This document shows positions 50,341 to 64,000 of a DNA stretch of 64,000 nt, piece after piece (within the stretch, counting starts at the first letter, position 1; every line of letters begins with the position of its first letter). The position numbers and the translations under genes were made by a program. The notes beneath the pieces are model-generated. The model was not told the origin of the DNA. It was given only the letters and a program-made list of their open reading frames with translations, and did no database searches. The stretch comes from Camelus ferus (taxonomy: Eukaryota): assembly GCF_009834535.1 (NCBI RefSeq), contig NC_045696.1:24616001-24680000 (forward strand), given 5' to 3'.

Positions 50341-53300
50341 TTATAGTGCATAGTAATAAAAATAGTAATTATTGTTCTATCTAAAATTATAACTATACGG
50401 AAGGATTAGGAAATGTGTTTTGTGAGAGTGCTGAGTGGGGCGAGGGACCTAGGCATACACATTGTTGTGGTGTAGACATTGGGTGCCAAAGAGAGCAAAA
50501 GTCCCCTCTTCCACAGTGGAAAGTCAATAAATAGTGCCTAATTTAAAAAAAAAAATTGTAGTAGAGTATACCTTGTCTTCAGCTTTGGACCTTATTTCTT
50601 TTTTTGCCACAAAGGAAAAGTCTCTCTTGATAGGCACTTCCATTGAGAACATACACTGGGTTTGCTTTCATAGGTATGACTAGGAAAGTTCAGGTCTTTG
50701 AGAACAGTCAAAAGTCCTTGGGTAATTAGAGTCAAGTGGCTTCCCTGACCCACAGAGGTGGCCTAGGTGAAGAGGCAGTGGGAGGACTTCCCCAACAGCC
50801 AGATCCGTGCTTCTTTACTGAACACCCATGCCACAGTTAACTCAGAGAAGAGTGTTATCTGGCATGAGCAGAGACAATAAGCTCCTCTGGGACTAAAAGA
50901 TCCTCAGCTAAGCATGTATTTGTTGTTTGTTTTAACAAGACAGCATGATGCTAGGAGCTATGAGGTGTCTATCTTCTCCACGCTGTTGACTGAATAACAA
51001 AATTAGTGTCCAACATGAGAAAAGAAAACAGATGCAAAAAAGATAATGTCCCTTGTCCTTGTAACAGCCCAGGTCCTGGTCTTGTGAAGCACATCTTATA
51101 TGTGTAAACCAACTCAATTCTTTTCCATACTTGGAGCCAGGGAGTTCTGACTGTTAAAACTATGCTTTTCAACTGGAACCTAAAAAGGCAGCTTTATTCT
51201 CTCATTTGCACCTAAAAATACGCATTCCTTACATAGTTAGAGGGAGAGAACTCATGTGAATTCTCTCCTTTGCCTAGATACTTATATTTCTCTGACAGCT
51301 GTTCACATCTTAGAATTGGCCTCTGGTTCTTCTTTAAAGCGCACAGGAAACTTTGTCTAGGAAGCAATGTAGAACTAACAGAAGAATTGGAATCTTCACC
51401 TGGATGATTTCACCAGTGTCCCCTGCCTCACTATAGGCCACTTATTCACAGCACAAAGTTTTATAAGATATGGGAAAGAAAAAAACACCACCACGTCTGA
51501 CATTATATTTTTTAGTAGAAGAGACTAACATTAATTTTCTGTTTCCCCACCTCTAGAAACTGCTGAAATCCTTTTGCTGACAGTGTCAGCCTGGGTTTAT
51601 AGCATCCCACTCTCCTGGAAGACAGAAGGAACGTCAAATGCATTATATTACCAAGGGGACAGAAGCTAATAAAGAAAAATGATTAATCGATATTTGTGTG
51701 CAACACATTGAAGCAAAGAGAGTCTTCATTAGCTCCAGAGTGTAAAACCATTTTGTAGAGAGAGCACTTCTGAATCCACTTCGTCATTCTTGATTTAGCA
51801 AATGTGAGCTTTTCTTCTTCCTCAGCTAACAGCCAAAATAATTAACACAGAGTTTACATGAACTGGGAAAGTGCTGTGTTGAGAAAAAAGGAGAAATTGT
51901 ACAAACCCTGTGGCCAAGCAGTTTGCTGCCAGAAATAGAACTGTGAACATCAGTGTGATTGGAAATGCTGCCGTGTGGAGTAAAGGTGACTGAGACTTGG
52001 AAATCAGCTCAACATTTTCCATCCTCACACCCCGTGCGAGGTTCTCTGAATACCCCATCAGAAGTAACTCAGATAGGACCAGCTTTTGGTTAAAAATCCC
52101 AGATTAAAAAAAGTAGTTATTTAAATCAACATTAAGGAGTACATTAAGACAGAAAAAGATTTAAAGTGTTTCATTTGACACTGTCCATTCTAAATTCATA
52201 ACACAGCTAAATGTTTTAAGCTTGTTATGATTTTACCTTCTGAACTAAAAGGGACCCATAAGATCACATGGTCCCTCCTTCTCATTTTAAATGGCTGGGG
52301 AAGAGGAAGCTTATAAAGGTTAAGTACAGGTCCCGTTTAAGCAGCTAGTGAAGAGCAGAAGAGACTATCAGAACTAGTCCTCCTGGCTCCTAATTAGTGT
52401 TCCTCCCGCCACATTGTGCTTCAGGTAAGTCTGTAAGAGTTCCAGCATAATAATAGTAATAATGTCACACAAGAGGAGGCTGGTGGTCTCCGGGGACTTC
52501 CAACTTCCCGCTTGGTGGAAGGCAATTTTTCTTTTCCAAAGAGGCAATGATGGTCTTCTTTTTGAAAGCAATTCAAAGGTACAAATGTATGAACTTTGAG
52601 CAAAGTGCTAAGGCAAGTATATTGCCTAAGCAGTAAAAAGAAATGGCACAAGTAAAATGAGGTGATTTTATGTACAAATTTTATCCTCTAGAGTCTAAAT
52701 ATCTTGATGATCCTTAAAAAAAAAAAATCAGTCTTCTTGTCACCACAATTGAACTGCAACTCCATTATAGAATCAATACTCCTGCCAGCAAGTATTCCTT
52801 CTGAAATAGCCTTGCTACACAAATTAAAACAGTTTTGGGGGGAGGAGTGGTAATTCTGGGAAACAGGGAAAATAATGACCTCAAAACAGAATTTATTCAA
52901 CAGACAGAACTGGAGCTGGGTGGTTGGGGTGCAGCTGAATGGGGTGGGAATGGCTTACATTACGATGGAATTTTTAATAAAAGCAGGATAGAGGCATTTT
53001 AGTTTTGAGACACAGCATATAATGATCAAATGGATCTCTTCTCCAAATAAATACTGTTATGCTACATTTTCATGGTCAGTAGTGCTCCATTTGTAGGTGC
53101 CCCTCATCTCAAAAACCAATTTGGCTTATCTGTTTTCTCCTCCTTACACATATCTCTAAAGCTGTAACAGATTCAGGGAAACAGATGACCCAGTCACAAA
53201 TGCTCACTTCTCCCAGGACCTGCCTTTAAATTGACCTTGAGCTTCGAAAACCAAAAAGGAGCATTTGTGTCCCTCCGTAAAGTATTAAATCTGGAAAAAA

Positions 53301-54054
53301 ATTAAATAAAAAGGAAGGTGAGATAGGAAGAGCTGGCCAAAGCAAATAAAGACTCAGACAGCCAACCCAACAGATAAGGACACAGAACCTCCATTACGTT
53401 GCTGATTCGTTATGAGGCCTAAGTGGTTACAGGAAATGTCTGTGTAGATTAATGCCACACAGTCATCAGTCTTTTTTTTACAAGAACTTTTAAAATGTGA
53501 ACTTGTCCAACTTCTTATGTGGCTCTTTATCTCTGCTCTTTTTATTTGGAAGATTTTGTTGGTGTTGAGAGGAGCAAGAGGAGCCCGGGGTTCAGTCCAG
53601 CAGTAGATGCAGCAAGGAAAATGTGATTGTTTACTCATGAATTTAAATTTTTATCACCTTTTTTCTAAGTTGTTGGCCTGTAGAGAGGAAACACACCAAA
53701 CAGGGTGGTGATATTAGTGGGATGATGGGCTACCAATGAATAAACTGAAACTGAGTTCTGTATGACTTCGCAGCATTAAAAAAAAACATTGCTTTCACGG
53801 GAGGAAAATTCCCAGAGTTAATGCTCAATGGCCTGTGTAGGGTATACCAGTTTTTAAATCTCCACCTGCCACCTACTGATGAAAATTTCTCTTAAATATG
53901 AAAAGGTAAAGAAAAGATAAAGATAAGGCAAGGCTAAAGTTTGATTTTACTATGACAATCGGAAATAAACATACAACCATAACTTTTGAAAGTTGTAACA
54001 GGATATACTAATTCTAGCTTAGATTTATCTAGTACTTTTTAAATGTGATAGATA

Positions 54055-54610
54055 GTGCAGCAAGTTACGAATGGCTAAAAATTCTTTGAGATTTCTCCAA
54101 AGGAGGTGGGTGTCTACAGCTCCTCCCTACATCTGGGCTAGTTCTTTGGTAACTTTGACCACTTGAAGACAGCAAAAGCGACTCCGTGTTAGTTTCTGGA
54201 CCCAGAATCTAAGAAGCCATCAGCTCCTATTTCGTCTTCCTTAGAATCCTCTGGGAGCCCTGAGCTTCCACATAAGAAATCTGATTATCCTGAGAGAACC
54301 TGCTGGAGACATAACATGTAGGAGCTCTGTTCTCCGGTTCCAGCCTCCCGCTCATCCCTACCACGTGCCAGACGTGTGAGTGAAGCCACTTGGTATCCTC
54401 CCTCCCCAAGCGCCCCCTACCCTGCCCCTCTCCTGACTAGCTCATCTACCAGCTAAAACCCACCAAGTGACTTCAGCTGATGAATCAGCAGAACGAAGTA
54501 GAAGAACAGCCTCCTGAGATCTGACCCATGTTCCTGACCCACAAATTTGTGATATCATAAAATGGTTGTTTTTCAAGCCACTAAGTACTGAGGTGGACAT
54601 CATAAAATAT
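54055..54610 (+). mobile_element. MaLR LTR, MLT1G/H-like
   Basis: ctctgggagccctgagcttccacataagaaatctgattatcctgag..ttcctgacccacaaatttgtga..aaaatggttgtttttcaagccactaag. Confidence 0.7.
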
Positions 54611-54614
54611 AATA

Positions 54615-54830
54615 TGCAAGCTCCTTACATTTATTAACCTATTTAATCTCATAACAGTCTAATGGGGTAGGGAATACTATTTGCCCCATTATAGAGAGAT
54701 AAGCCTGAAGAAACTGAAGCTTATGAAATTAAGAAATCTGCCCATAACCATGTTGCTAGGAAAGGGCAAAGCAAAGATTTAAGCTTGGGCAGCCAAATAT
54801 CATATCATTAGACATGATATTTTCTCCAGC
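54615..54830 (-). mobile_element. MIR SINE
   Basis: tttaatctcataacagtc..ccccattatagaga..gaaactgaagctta..ctgcccataaccatg. Confidence 0.65.
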
Positions 54831-55544
54831 TATCCTTAAAAAATTTAATAAAGTTACCAATCAAAAATATTCATGAAGTGCTTTGAAATACCAGAAAGCA
54901 CTCTGATAGGTGTAGTGTAGTAGGGGAGGCATAACCACAGATAGTAGTATACCAACTCGAACTAATAAAAGAGATGCATTCTATCTCCAACTCAAAATAA
55001 ACTGGCTTCCTTACCTATCCCACCTCCTTTACAGGTGTTCCTACTGCATCCACGCAATCATTTCCTTTATAACTTAACCCTATCTGACATCACCTCATTC
55101 AGTTGCTTATTCCCTCTCTCCCCTTTTGGGACTTCAGCTCAGTGGAGCTGGTGTGGGATAGGTTGAACACCTTTAATGTTTTGATGATTTATTTTGGTCA
55201 CTAAAAAATTATAAACCAAATGTTGAATAAATTATCTCATTTAGGCTAGGTTCTTAGCTCCAAAATGCCAAAGGCATTCAGGATAAAATATGGAAATGTT
55301 GACAAAAAAGGCCCAGAAGAAATCTCTAGGGTCATTTCTCCCCTTTCGAGGAAAAGCATGCCATTTTAGCTAGAGCAAGTGTTTTAGAGATCAGAAGGGA
55401 GATTCACAAGGTCTACAGCCCTTTAAAACTGTACCACAAACATAGGTATATGAATTTGTGTGCATTGATCTTGGGAAAGGGGCCATTCTGGTATCGCATT
55501 ACCTAAAGAATCCTTGATGCAGAAGTATAAGCCGTTTTAAAAAA

Positions 55545-55780
55545 TATTTCTCACTTTTTTCACTTCCATTGATCAAGAAATACGTTTTTCATAAGGATGC
55601 AGCATGTGGGCTCCCACACACACAGAGAAAAAAATGGAAACAAAAGTTTCAAAACAATATTTCCTCTCATTTCATGCAGTGCACTCTGATATTTTCTATT
55701 TTATTTTATTCTACTTCATATTTGAAATGCCGATCTTGACCTACAAAATTTATTTCATAATTCACTAGTGAAAAACACTT
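55545..55780 (+). mobile_element. hAT-Charlie element, MER113-like
   Basis: gaaacaaaagtttcaaaacaata..tgcactctgatattttctattttattttattcta..gaaaaacact. Confidence 0.6.
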
Positions 55781-56840
55781 TTACAGTGACAGTTGAGCCA
55801 TCTTTTTGTTTGTTTTTACCAATTCTAACTCTCCTATAGATGAAGTGTTAGAGTCAGTTAAGAGGAGGAAGTATATAGCATCTTGGCAGACAAATGGAGA
55901 CTTATCTGAGGGCAGATGTGAGCTTGTGAACTTCTCAGTCATATACTGTGTAGCAGTTAGTTGCCCACTCCCCTTTGGATAGGTTCCACATTCAGAAAAT
56001 GCCCTCCTGCAAGTGTAACGTACGATAGTGCTTTGTGAGTGTGGATATGCAGATCCATTTGTGTGCCCACGGGCTTCGGAGGTTGGGGGAGGGGTGGGCA
56101 GAGTGCAGTGGGTGAGGAGTATGATAGTTTGATCTTTCACAAAGGAAGTTCTTTGAGAGCATATCCTGTGGTGAATCTACAAATTACCTACAGAACTTCA
56201 CACAGCATCCTGTGGGTACACTGAATAGGGAGGCAGCCAGCACAAGCAAGGATCGCCACACTGTGAATCAAAAGAAGTGAGTTGAGTCTGAGTTCTGCTA
56301 CTTGGGCAAATTACACAAACTCTTTGACCTTCAACTCCTTATTCTCTAAAATGATAAAAAATAAAGGTACTCTGCTCACCTAACAGGGGAATGGCAAAGA
56401 ACAAAACAATAACTAGATAGACCTAGGGATTCTCTATTATTTTCTCCTGAAAATAGTTCCCACTACTTGAAAATAATTTCAGTTAATCTTGTAGTTATTT
56501 GCAAATAATCCATATTCATTCAATAAATGTCTTTTTTTTCAGACTAATAATTGTACAACCTCCTTAATCTGTATTTCAACCATTTCACTTCCTGACTGCT
56601 GACTCTTTTCCTTAGATCACCACTCTATCTTCTCAAGAGTAGAAAGACTAATTTCCTCAAAATCTTACTAGCAAGGAGCAGCACCTTGAGAGGGTGGGAA
56701 GTAGAGTTTAATGAGATGGAATGTAGGCAGTGGGGAAGAGAATTAATGACATAAAGGTAGGTTTGGTGTGGTAGAAAAATCTAGACTTTGGAGTCAGAAA
56801 GCCCATTGTTTGAATCTCAGACCTTAATTCACTACCTACC

Positions 56841-57206
56841 TGAATGGACTGAACTGTGCCCTCTCCCACCAAAAATGTATATGTTGAAGTCATATGTGAC
56901 TGTATTTGGAGAGAGGGTCTTTAAAGAGGTAATTAAATAAAAATCAGGCCATTAAGATGGGCCGTAATCCTATATGACTGATGTCATTATAAGAAGAGAT
57001 TAGGACACAGACACTTGCAGAGGAAAGACTATTGAAGACATAGGGAAACACAGCCATCCACAAGCCAAGGAGAAAGGTCTCAGAGGAAATCCACCCTGCA
57101 GATACCTTAATCTTGGACTTCCAGCCTCTAGAACTGTAAGAAAACAAATTTCTATTGTTTAAGCCACACTGTGATGTTTTGTTATGACAAGTCTAAGCAA
57201 ACTCAT
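56841..57206 (+). mobile_element. MaLR solo LTR, MLT1B-like, inserted in a MIR (~56765-57225)
   Basis: tgaatggactgaactgtgccc..cttggacttccagcctctagaactgtaag..; 5-bp TSD-like ctacc / ctact. MIR gactttggagtcaga..tttgaatctcag resumes as tgtgtaacctt. Confidence 0.85.
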
Positions 57207-59489
57207 CTACTGTGTAACCTTAGGTATGCCGTAAAAATTAAATTTGATAAAATGTTCTTTATAAATTTTTGTGGACATTTCTTTAGTCTTTATTTTCTCA
57301 AAATAGAAGGAAAAGTACTTCGTCATAAGCAAAATTGGGCAAAGCAATTATAGGTTTTTGGAAATATAATTTACATCCTTGCACTGAGAAAATGAACAGG
57401 GATCACAATATTGACCCTAGGGAAAGTAATGAGCAATTCTAACAGCCCCTCTCCTTACTGAACACCAGCCTGGTAATCGCTAAAAGCTCAGCTATAGACA
57501 AGACTCCACTGACATACCCTCTATCACCAAATGAAGCGAGCCAGCTTTGGGGCAGAGCACCACCCCAACCAATGACAATTCCATCCATTCAATGAAGGAC
57601 TGAGAGAGACTAGATGACTTTGGCACAGAAATTCAGCATTATATTGGACATAGAATGAAAGGTATATGAAACTGCTGTCTTGGTATCCTAAAATTTCCTT
57701 CTATTTTTTATAGAAGAGGGCAGCCCAGGGTTTTTTTAATTTACATATATATAACTTACAGTAGGAGTGTGTGCAAGCATTGAAATGCATGTGTCCTTAT
57801 ACCATGTACATACCAAAATAGTCATTTTGGATATCTATGGTTTGGAAATTTCTAAAAATCATCTTTACCTTTTTTCAGTACTGCCAAATATTTTACATTA
57901 TCATTTATTAAATTTATAACCAAAAAGAGAAACATTAAATTGGTGGGCGAGTATATTTTAGAATTCTATCACCTGTGACTTAGTAAACAATGTTGGGAAT
58001 CATCATGAATAAATACCTTAATAAATAAATGAGTTACCATTGATATCTTGATAATAAAAGCTAATCTAGAAATGACTCTGCTCTCTCTTTTGTATGATGA
58101 ATGAATCAGGCCATTCAGAAAGCACAAGGAGAGCCTTATAGGTCACCTTTCTTTGCAGTAGCTGGACCAGGGCACTGCCACATGTTACCCTGTTATGGTT
58201 CCTTCACAGACCCTTCTGATAATATGACTGCACACAAACCTTGGAGGTCACATGACAGCTTCCCAAAGAGTTTGAATAAGTCCGTGTTTTTAAATCTTCT
58301 CTTGCTACGGCAAGGAACTGCCATTCAGTTCTTTGAAAGAGAAACTTTACTGGGCGTTATTATGTCTTATGATGCCAGGGATTTCTTTCCACACTCTAGA
58401 TTTTGAAAGTATGCTGAGAGGAGGCAGATGGTAGGACGGCAAATGACCAGTCGTTCTCTTTTAGGAAAACAAGTTAGAACCACATCCAAGAGGTCTCATA
58501 ATGGGCCTCTAGTGCTCTTATCTCTTACACATCAATGAATTTAAAGCCATATTACAAGATACAGCTTCTACAAAAAAATTATGCACACCCTTGACTGACA
58601 AAGACAATCAGGTATGTATAAAGTCATAGTATGCCCATTTGCATACACATTGCACAATAATTGCATTAGCCACGGCTTTTATTGTTTGGTTTTTTTTTTT
58701 CAAAGCATGGCCTTGGAATCAGATGCATATTTGGATTCAAATTTAGTTCCACAGATCCACTGCTTTGTGATGGATCCCATGCAAAGTATTCCATTCATTC
58801 AAGAGCTATCTATCTACTGATTTTCTTGAACCAGACACTGTGCTGGGTGTAAGGGGTGGAATTATGAACATAACAGCCATGGTCTCTGCTATTATGCAGC
58901 TCAGACTAGTGATGAGATAGGCATTAAAAAAATCACATAAATAAATGTAGCAAAACCAAAACCTAGTAAGGTACATATGCTCCCCCACAGCTTTTTAAAC
59001 AGTTCTGGTGGCTAGAATTTCTTGTGTAGACCATGGTATAGTGAATGGAGTTTGTGGGTAGAAGCTGAACCAGAGGGAACTGTTACTTAGGCGTTTTGAA
59101 TGTAGATGTGGGTGTTATTGCCTCAGGCAGTTGGGGTGGGAATTCTAGTTCACCTGTATTGGTTGGATCTAGTTTGGTGTTGGAGCCAAGGTGTGTAAGG
59201 AAACCTAGAGATTTCAAGAAAAACTCCCACAGAACTTTGTAGACCAGGATTCTGGAAGAAAATGTTATGACACCATGCTGCGTTGTTCTTTCTTTTGGCT
59301 TCCAGATCTTAAGAAGTACTTCCAAAATGTTTTGTTTTGTTTTGTTTTTAATAAAACATTTTGAACTTAGAGTGATTTTGGACCTAGAGTGAAAAACAGT
59401 GACAGGTCTAGACCTACATAAGAATCAATAAAGGCCTGAGACAAAATCTATCCACAGAGATGAAAGGACAGTGGCTATGACATAAATAC

Positions 59490-59526
59490 AGATACAGATA
59501 CAGATACAGATATAGACATAGATATA
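59490..59526. repeat. (GATACA)n short tandem repeat
   Basis: gatacagatacagatacagatatagacatagatata. Confidence 0.8.
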
Positions 59527-59579
59527 AACACTGCTGAGAGAGAGAGATGTAAGATATAGAGACATAGCTATAAACACTG

Positions 59580-60170
59580 CAAGGAGAACAGAGAGCAAAA
59601 AAACCTAGTTTAGATGGATGAGCTGAGGAAACTTTGAGAAGTAATGTTTTAGCAGAGACCTAAGTGAGGCATAGGAGTATCTAGGCAAATTCTGAGGGAG
59701 TGCTTCAGGCAGTCTGGGTAGGAACGGCACACGTGAAGGTGAGACGAGTATGCATGTTCTAGAAGAGAAAGACTGTCATGAGTCTGGAATGGCATAAGCA
59801 AGGACAGGTGGTAAAGATGAGGCTGGAGAAGCAGGTGGATTCAGAACAGGTAGGGTGTGGTTGGTCATCTTCCAAACAACTTCCCAGACTAGGATTTTAC
59901 AGGGAGGTAATTTAAAAATATGCATTTTTAAAAGGTAATTCTGGCTACAATGGAGGCTGGATGGGAGCCAGAATGGAAAGGAGAACCATTATTGCAGAAG
60001 GCTAAGTGAGAGAGGATTGTGCCTTGATCCAGCAGGTTGACCCTGGATATGGAGCTAAGTGGACTCTTTGAGTTGTACCCTGGGGGTAAAATCAATAGGG
60101 CTGGTGATGATGTAAGTGTGAGGTGAAGGAATGGCTGACCTCCTAGTAAAATGATGAGTGAAAAAGGATC
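59580..60170 (-). mobile_element. L2 fragments (a further piece at ~58790-58980)
   Basis: agatgaggctggagaagcagg..ttttaaaaggtaattctggctacaatggagg..gtaaaatcaatagggctggtgatga. Confidence 0.65.
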
Positions 60171-63039
60171 CACCACACAGGCTTATAGTGAGCATTAAAT
60201 AAGATAACGCCTATCAGGTGCATACAGGAAGCATTCAATGTATGGGAACTATTACTATTACAAAAATAGATACAAGAATAAGTATTTTAAATGATTTGCA
60301 GTTATTCTAAATTGACCATAAAGTAATTATCTTTATACTCACATTGGAGTTGAATAAAATTGAGGGGTAATCACTGGTTAATTCTGAACCATCACCTTCC
60401 CTTAGATGCACATGTCTTTGAAGATACTGTTATTTTTCACTTGTTTGGAATGATAGTCTCATAAGTTCACCATATTCTGAAAACAACCTCAAGTAGGGGG
60501 AAAACTGCTTAGGTTTCCAAATGCCCACCAGGTAATCAAAGTGATGACAGAGTAAAGGATGAAAACTTTCATTAAAGAATTGCTCTCACATAGGTAATCT
60601 GAAGAATCCATAAAGTGGGTGCACTCCTATGAGTCAAACAAAGAAATTCAACTGAATGATTGTGGTAACCTAACTTTTTACCTCCGTATCTTGAAATCAT
60701 AATTCTGAGAAAGAGTAATGTAGTTTTCTTACATGACAAATACTTGACCTTTTGTAAAGATGTCATTTTCTCAACGTGACTACAGGAATAACAAGAGAGA
60801 TGGAGGGTCAGAGAAGCCAATAAGTGTTATTTGCATCTTGAGAAAAGGAAAATGCAAATTACAAAAGTGCTATGCCGCAGAGAGAAAAATAGATCTCTCC
60901 TGGTCACTCTTCTAAACTGATAGACTCCCACCCCCACCTGATCACTAGAGACCTCTGGTTGTTCCCTCAAACAAAATTAATATTAAAGAATATTTTTCCC
61001 CTGAGGATTCTATAGGTGTCTTTCTACTTGTCAGCCTTGTTGTTTTTAAGGTTTCAGTAATGAGCAAAGAAGAAAGCATAGGGACTTCAGAAGAGTCCAC
61101 ATTCAAAACACAATAGGGCAATAAAATTTCTCAAAGCTTCTAGCAGACAGAAGTGTAAGCATACCATTAACCCTGACCACAGAGGACTCAGCAGGACTTT
61201 CTAAAAACACAGACTCATTGAGTCACCCAAATCTGTCTTCCTGATTTTCATTGATTTATTTTCAAAGTTTCTGCAACAATTAATTGCTCATTATTTACAA
61301 TATCTTTCTGGAGTGAATCAATGCTATTATCCTTGGTGTAATTCAATACTACAATATTATCTCAATAAATTTTCAGTCTACTTACTCTGCTCCCTGGTCT
61401 GCAAGCATGTCTTATTGCCATGACAGCTTTTAACGCAGGTTTGCTACTGATAATAAAAACGTCTTTGTGCTAGTGGTTCTTCCCACTAACTAGTGAAATG
61501 GTTCCCTGCCAGGTCACAACTTAAGAGGGTTAGACCTTTAATACCTTTAATGCCATTGGCTGTCAGCCACTCCAAGAGGGAAAGATGGTTAGAACAGCCC
61601 ACTACTCCCCACGGGTTGTCCGAGTGCGCCCATGGAGCCACAGAAAGCACCTGGAGTCTATTGCCACCTTCAGAGATAGGAAGGGGGCTGAGAGGTCTAA
61701 TGCAAATGGATGAGTGATCCTCTCATTGGGGTGATAAATGCCTCCCCAGCACTATTGCTTATTTGTATGTACAACTAAAAGTCCTCCTATCACAATATAT
61801 GGTAAGCATCTGCCTCATCTGAAGCAAATTCCTATACGTTTCTGGTGCTTTGTGCCAGTCACAGAGTGTGCTTTCAAAAATCTGTGATGCATTGAACTGA
61901 ATTCAGTTTAAATCAGGAATGCTAAGCCGATTTGGCTTTCTCCTTTTCCCCAGGTCAATAAAATGGCAGCTAACCTGGTTGTTATTTTTCAGGTGCTCTC
62001 AGCTGAGAGTGGCCAAAAGCCAGGTAGGTGTGATGAGGACTGATAGTGTACTTCTTCCATCCCCAGGCTTCTGGGTCTTTGCCATAGGAGAGAATGGCAG
62101 GGAGCCAGGAATGGAAGCCAGGACGGCACAGGGAGGGTGAGTCTACCTTATACTACAGCGCTCTGTAATTGTAACTCACTCAATGCTAGAATGCTAGTAC
62201 TAAAGAAATGGATTAGATGCACTGATGATTCTAAAATATTCTGACAGACTCATCATAGGATCAGAAGTTAAACAGAAATGAGAGAAAAATTAAAACACCC
62301 AGAATTTCTGTCACTGCATTTTACAACTTACCTCCAGGAAATCTCTACATCTAACTTTTTGAATTCAGCTCTGTAGACATTTTTAAAAATTAGAATGATA
62401 CCTGATATGAGTCATGACTTTCCCTTTTGATCCCAAGTTTGCAACATCTGTACTGACAGGGTAAGTTGAAAAACTACTGGGGGGAGAGGCTGGGTGGCCT
62501 ACCATATAGCAACGAAACCACGTGGCAAGAGCTCAGCTGCAGAAATGTGCGGGGTCAGTCCCAGGGGAAGGACCAGCAAGGTGAGTGGGAGGCCTTACTC
62601 AGAAAGCAAGAGATGTGATTTCGAGGTCTAGGGTTGAGAGTGAAAGATTTGTGTAGCAGTGGCTCATTTTTTTTTATTATTACAAACACAAGCAGAAATC
62701 ACACACATACACAAACTGGGAATATTAGCTAATGAGTAACAGATATCCATATATGCCCTCATTGACATAATTTACATAATCAGTACTAAATGGCTCAGAT
62801 AGATTTAAAAATAAACTTTTGATTGGTGACCTATGACAATAGTACCTCTGGCTGTCCAGACACAACCTGCATGACACTACTCTCTCTACTTTCTCTCTTG
62901 ACTTACTTCCCTTATTCCTTTCTTAACTTCTGTGACCCATATTTAATCCATCTGCATTTGAGTACTGCCACTGATATGTTGCGGTCATAGTCTCAGCTCA
63001 GTGATAAAACAGAATTAAAATAATAGCTAAACTTTTCTG

Positions 63040-63290
63040 ATAGAGTTTTATACTAGTACAAGCAATGAACCAAGGGTCAAAGGACATATGCACCAGTCCA
63101 AGTTCTACCAATGGGTATCCATGTGATTAGTTACATTTGCTAACTCATTAGACAGCTTCTTAAGTAATCTGAGCCTTGATTTTCCATCTGTAAAATGTAA
63201 TTTATTTTCTGTCCACTCCAAAAAGCTGTGGAATCGAGATCATATACATGAAAGCTTTTTACAAACTGTAAATTGCTATAAAATATCCTT
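63040..63290 (+). mobile_element. MIR-family SINE, diverged
   Basis: tctgagccttgattttccatctgtaaaatg..catatacatgaaagctttttacaaactgtaaattgctata. Confidence 0.55.
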
Positions 63291-64000
63291 GAATTCATAT
63301 TTATGGTCAGGAAGTATAGACATGCATCTGGAGTAAATGTAAAATGATGACAAGAGGTGATTAGCTAGAAGTGTAAAAATAAAAGCTAGAAAACTGTCTG
63401 CAGGAGCTAAATGAAAATTATGATAATACCAGCAATCGTAATGTTTAATGTGATCCTATTTACATCACTGCTGAAGGCTGATAGAGGCAGGGTGGCATTT
63501 GAGTTGTGCATAATTGTCAGTATATTGTTGATTTAACACCCAAAGTTTATTTGCCTAGCAAATATCACAAATGCTAAGCTAATTTTGAGAAAACATAATG
63601 CCAAGTTCCTGTGACCCCCCAATCTCTGCTCCATGCTTTAAGTTTCACTTTTTGTTTATTGTGTGTTGCCCTCAAGGTTATAAGGAAAGGAATAGAAAGG
63701 ATGAGTCAATAATAAATATTCTTGCCAGAAAAATAAACACCGAGTTGTACTGTTGTTAATAAAAGAGTATCACATGTTAAAACAAATGAGGTAATTTTTC
63801 TGCCCTACTTGGCATTTAAAAGCCCTCACCATTCAGGTTCTGGGTTTTCTTTGTTAAAGTACACTCAGAAATTGGAAGAAATTCAGAGAACGGCAACCAG
63901 ATTAAAAAGTTTAGTAAATAAAGAAGAGTTGAGAAGATGGGGAAATCTTAGTTATGAGAAAAACGAAACAACTAGCACAGTAAAAGATCAAGGGAAGACA

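Noticed and set aside
55901..55918. GATA plus E-box composite (cttatct-N5-cagatg)
   Set aside because: Spacing is shorter than the usual TAL1-GATA1 composite, and there is no other support.
59514..59580. Direct repeat agacatag(a/c)tataaacactgc with a spacer, superficially CRISPR-like
   Set aside because: Only two copies beside a (GATACA)n microsatellite in mammalian DNA; a local slippage duplication.
21600..64000. A second protein-coding gene downstream of SAMSN1 (e.g. HSPA13, the neighbour I recall in human)
   Set aside because: No CpG island, no Hsp70-like peptide and no coherent exon chain seen on either strand within the window.

Overview
AT-rich mammalian genomic DNA, most likely a camelid, judged from two Vic-1-type tRNA-derived SINEs. 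The first 21.5 kb holds the 3' part of SAMSN1 (SLy2/HACS1, a haematopoietic SH3+SAM adaptor) on the + strand. Five coding exons (2023-2152, 4275-4426, 7569-7775, 9685-9835, 20555-20757) have GT-AG boundaries and consistent phases. They splice into 843 nt (280 aa + stop), followed by a ~0.68 kb 3' UTR with AATAAA at 21409. The 5' exons lie upstream of the window. The remaining ~42 kb shows no recognisable protein-coding gene. It is dominated by old transposable elements (L2, MIR, L1, HAL1, MaLR/ERVL LTRs, hAT MITEs), including nested insertions with readable target-site duplications. I found no convincing new biological system. The most testable oddities are splicing hypotheses inside SAMSN1: a candidate 3-nt microexon or recursive splice site at 9478-9480 and a candidate alternative last exon at 17790. 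There is also a DSG-x3-S degron-like motif in the C-terminus, plus candidate enhancer and CTCF motifs. Repeat family names come from recalled consensus sequences, not from a search, and repeat boundaries are approximate unless a TSD is given.
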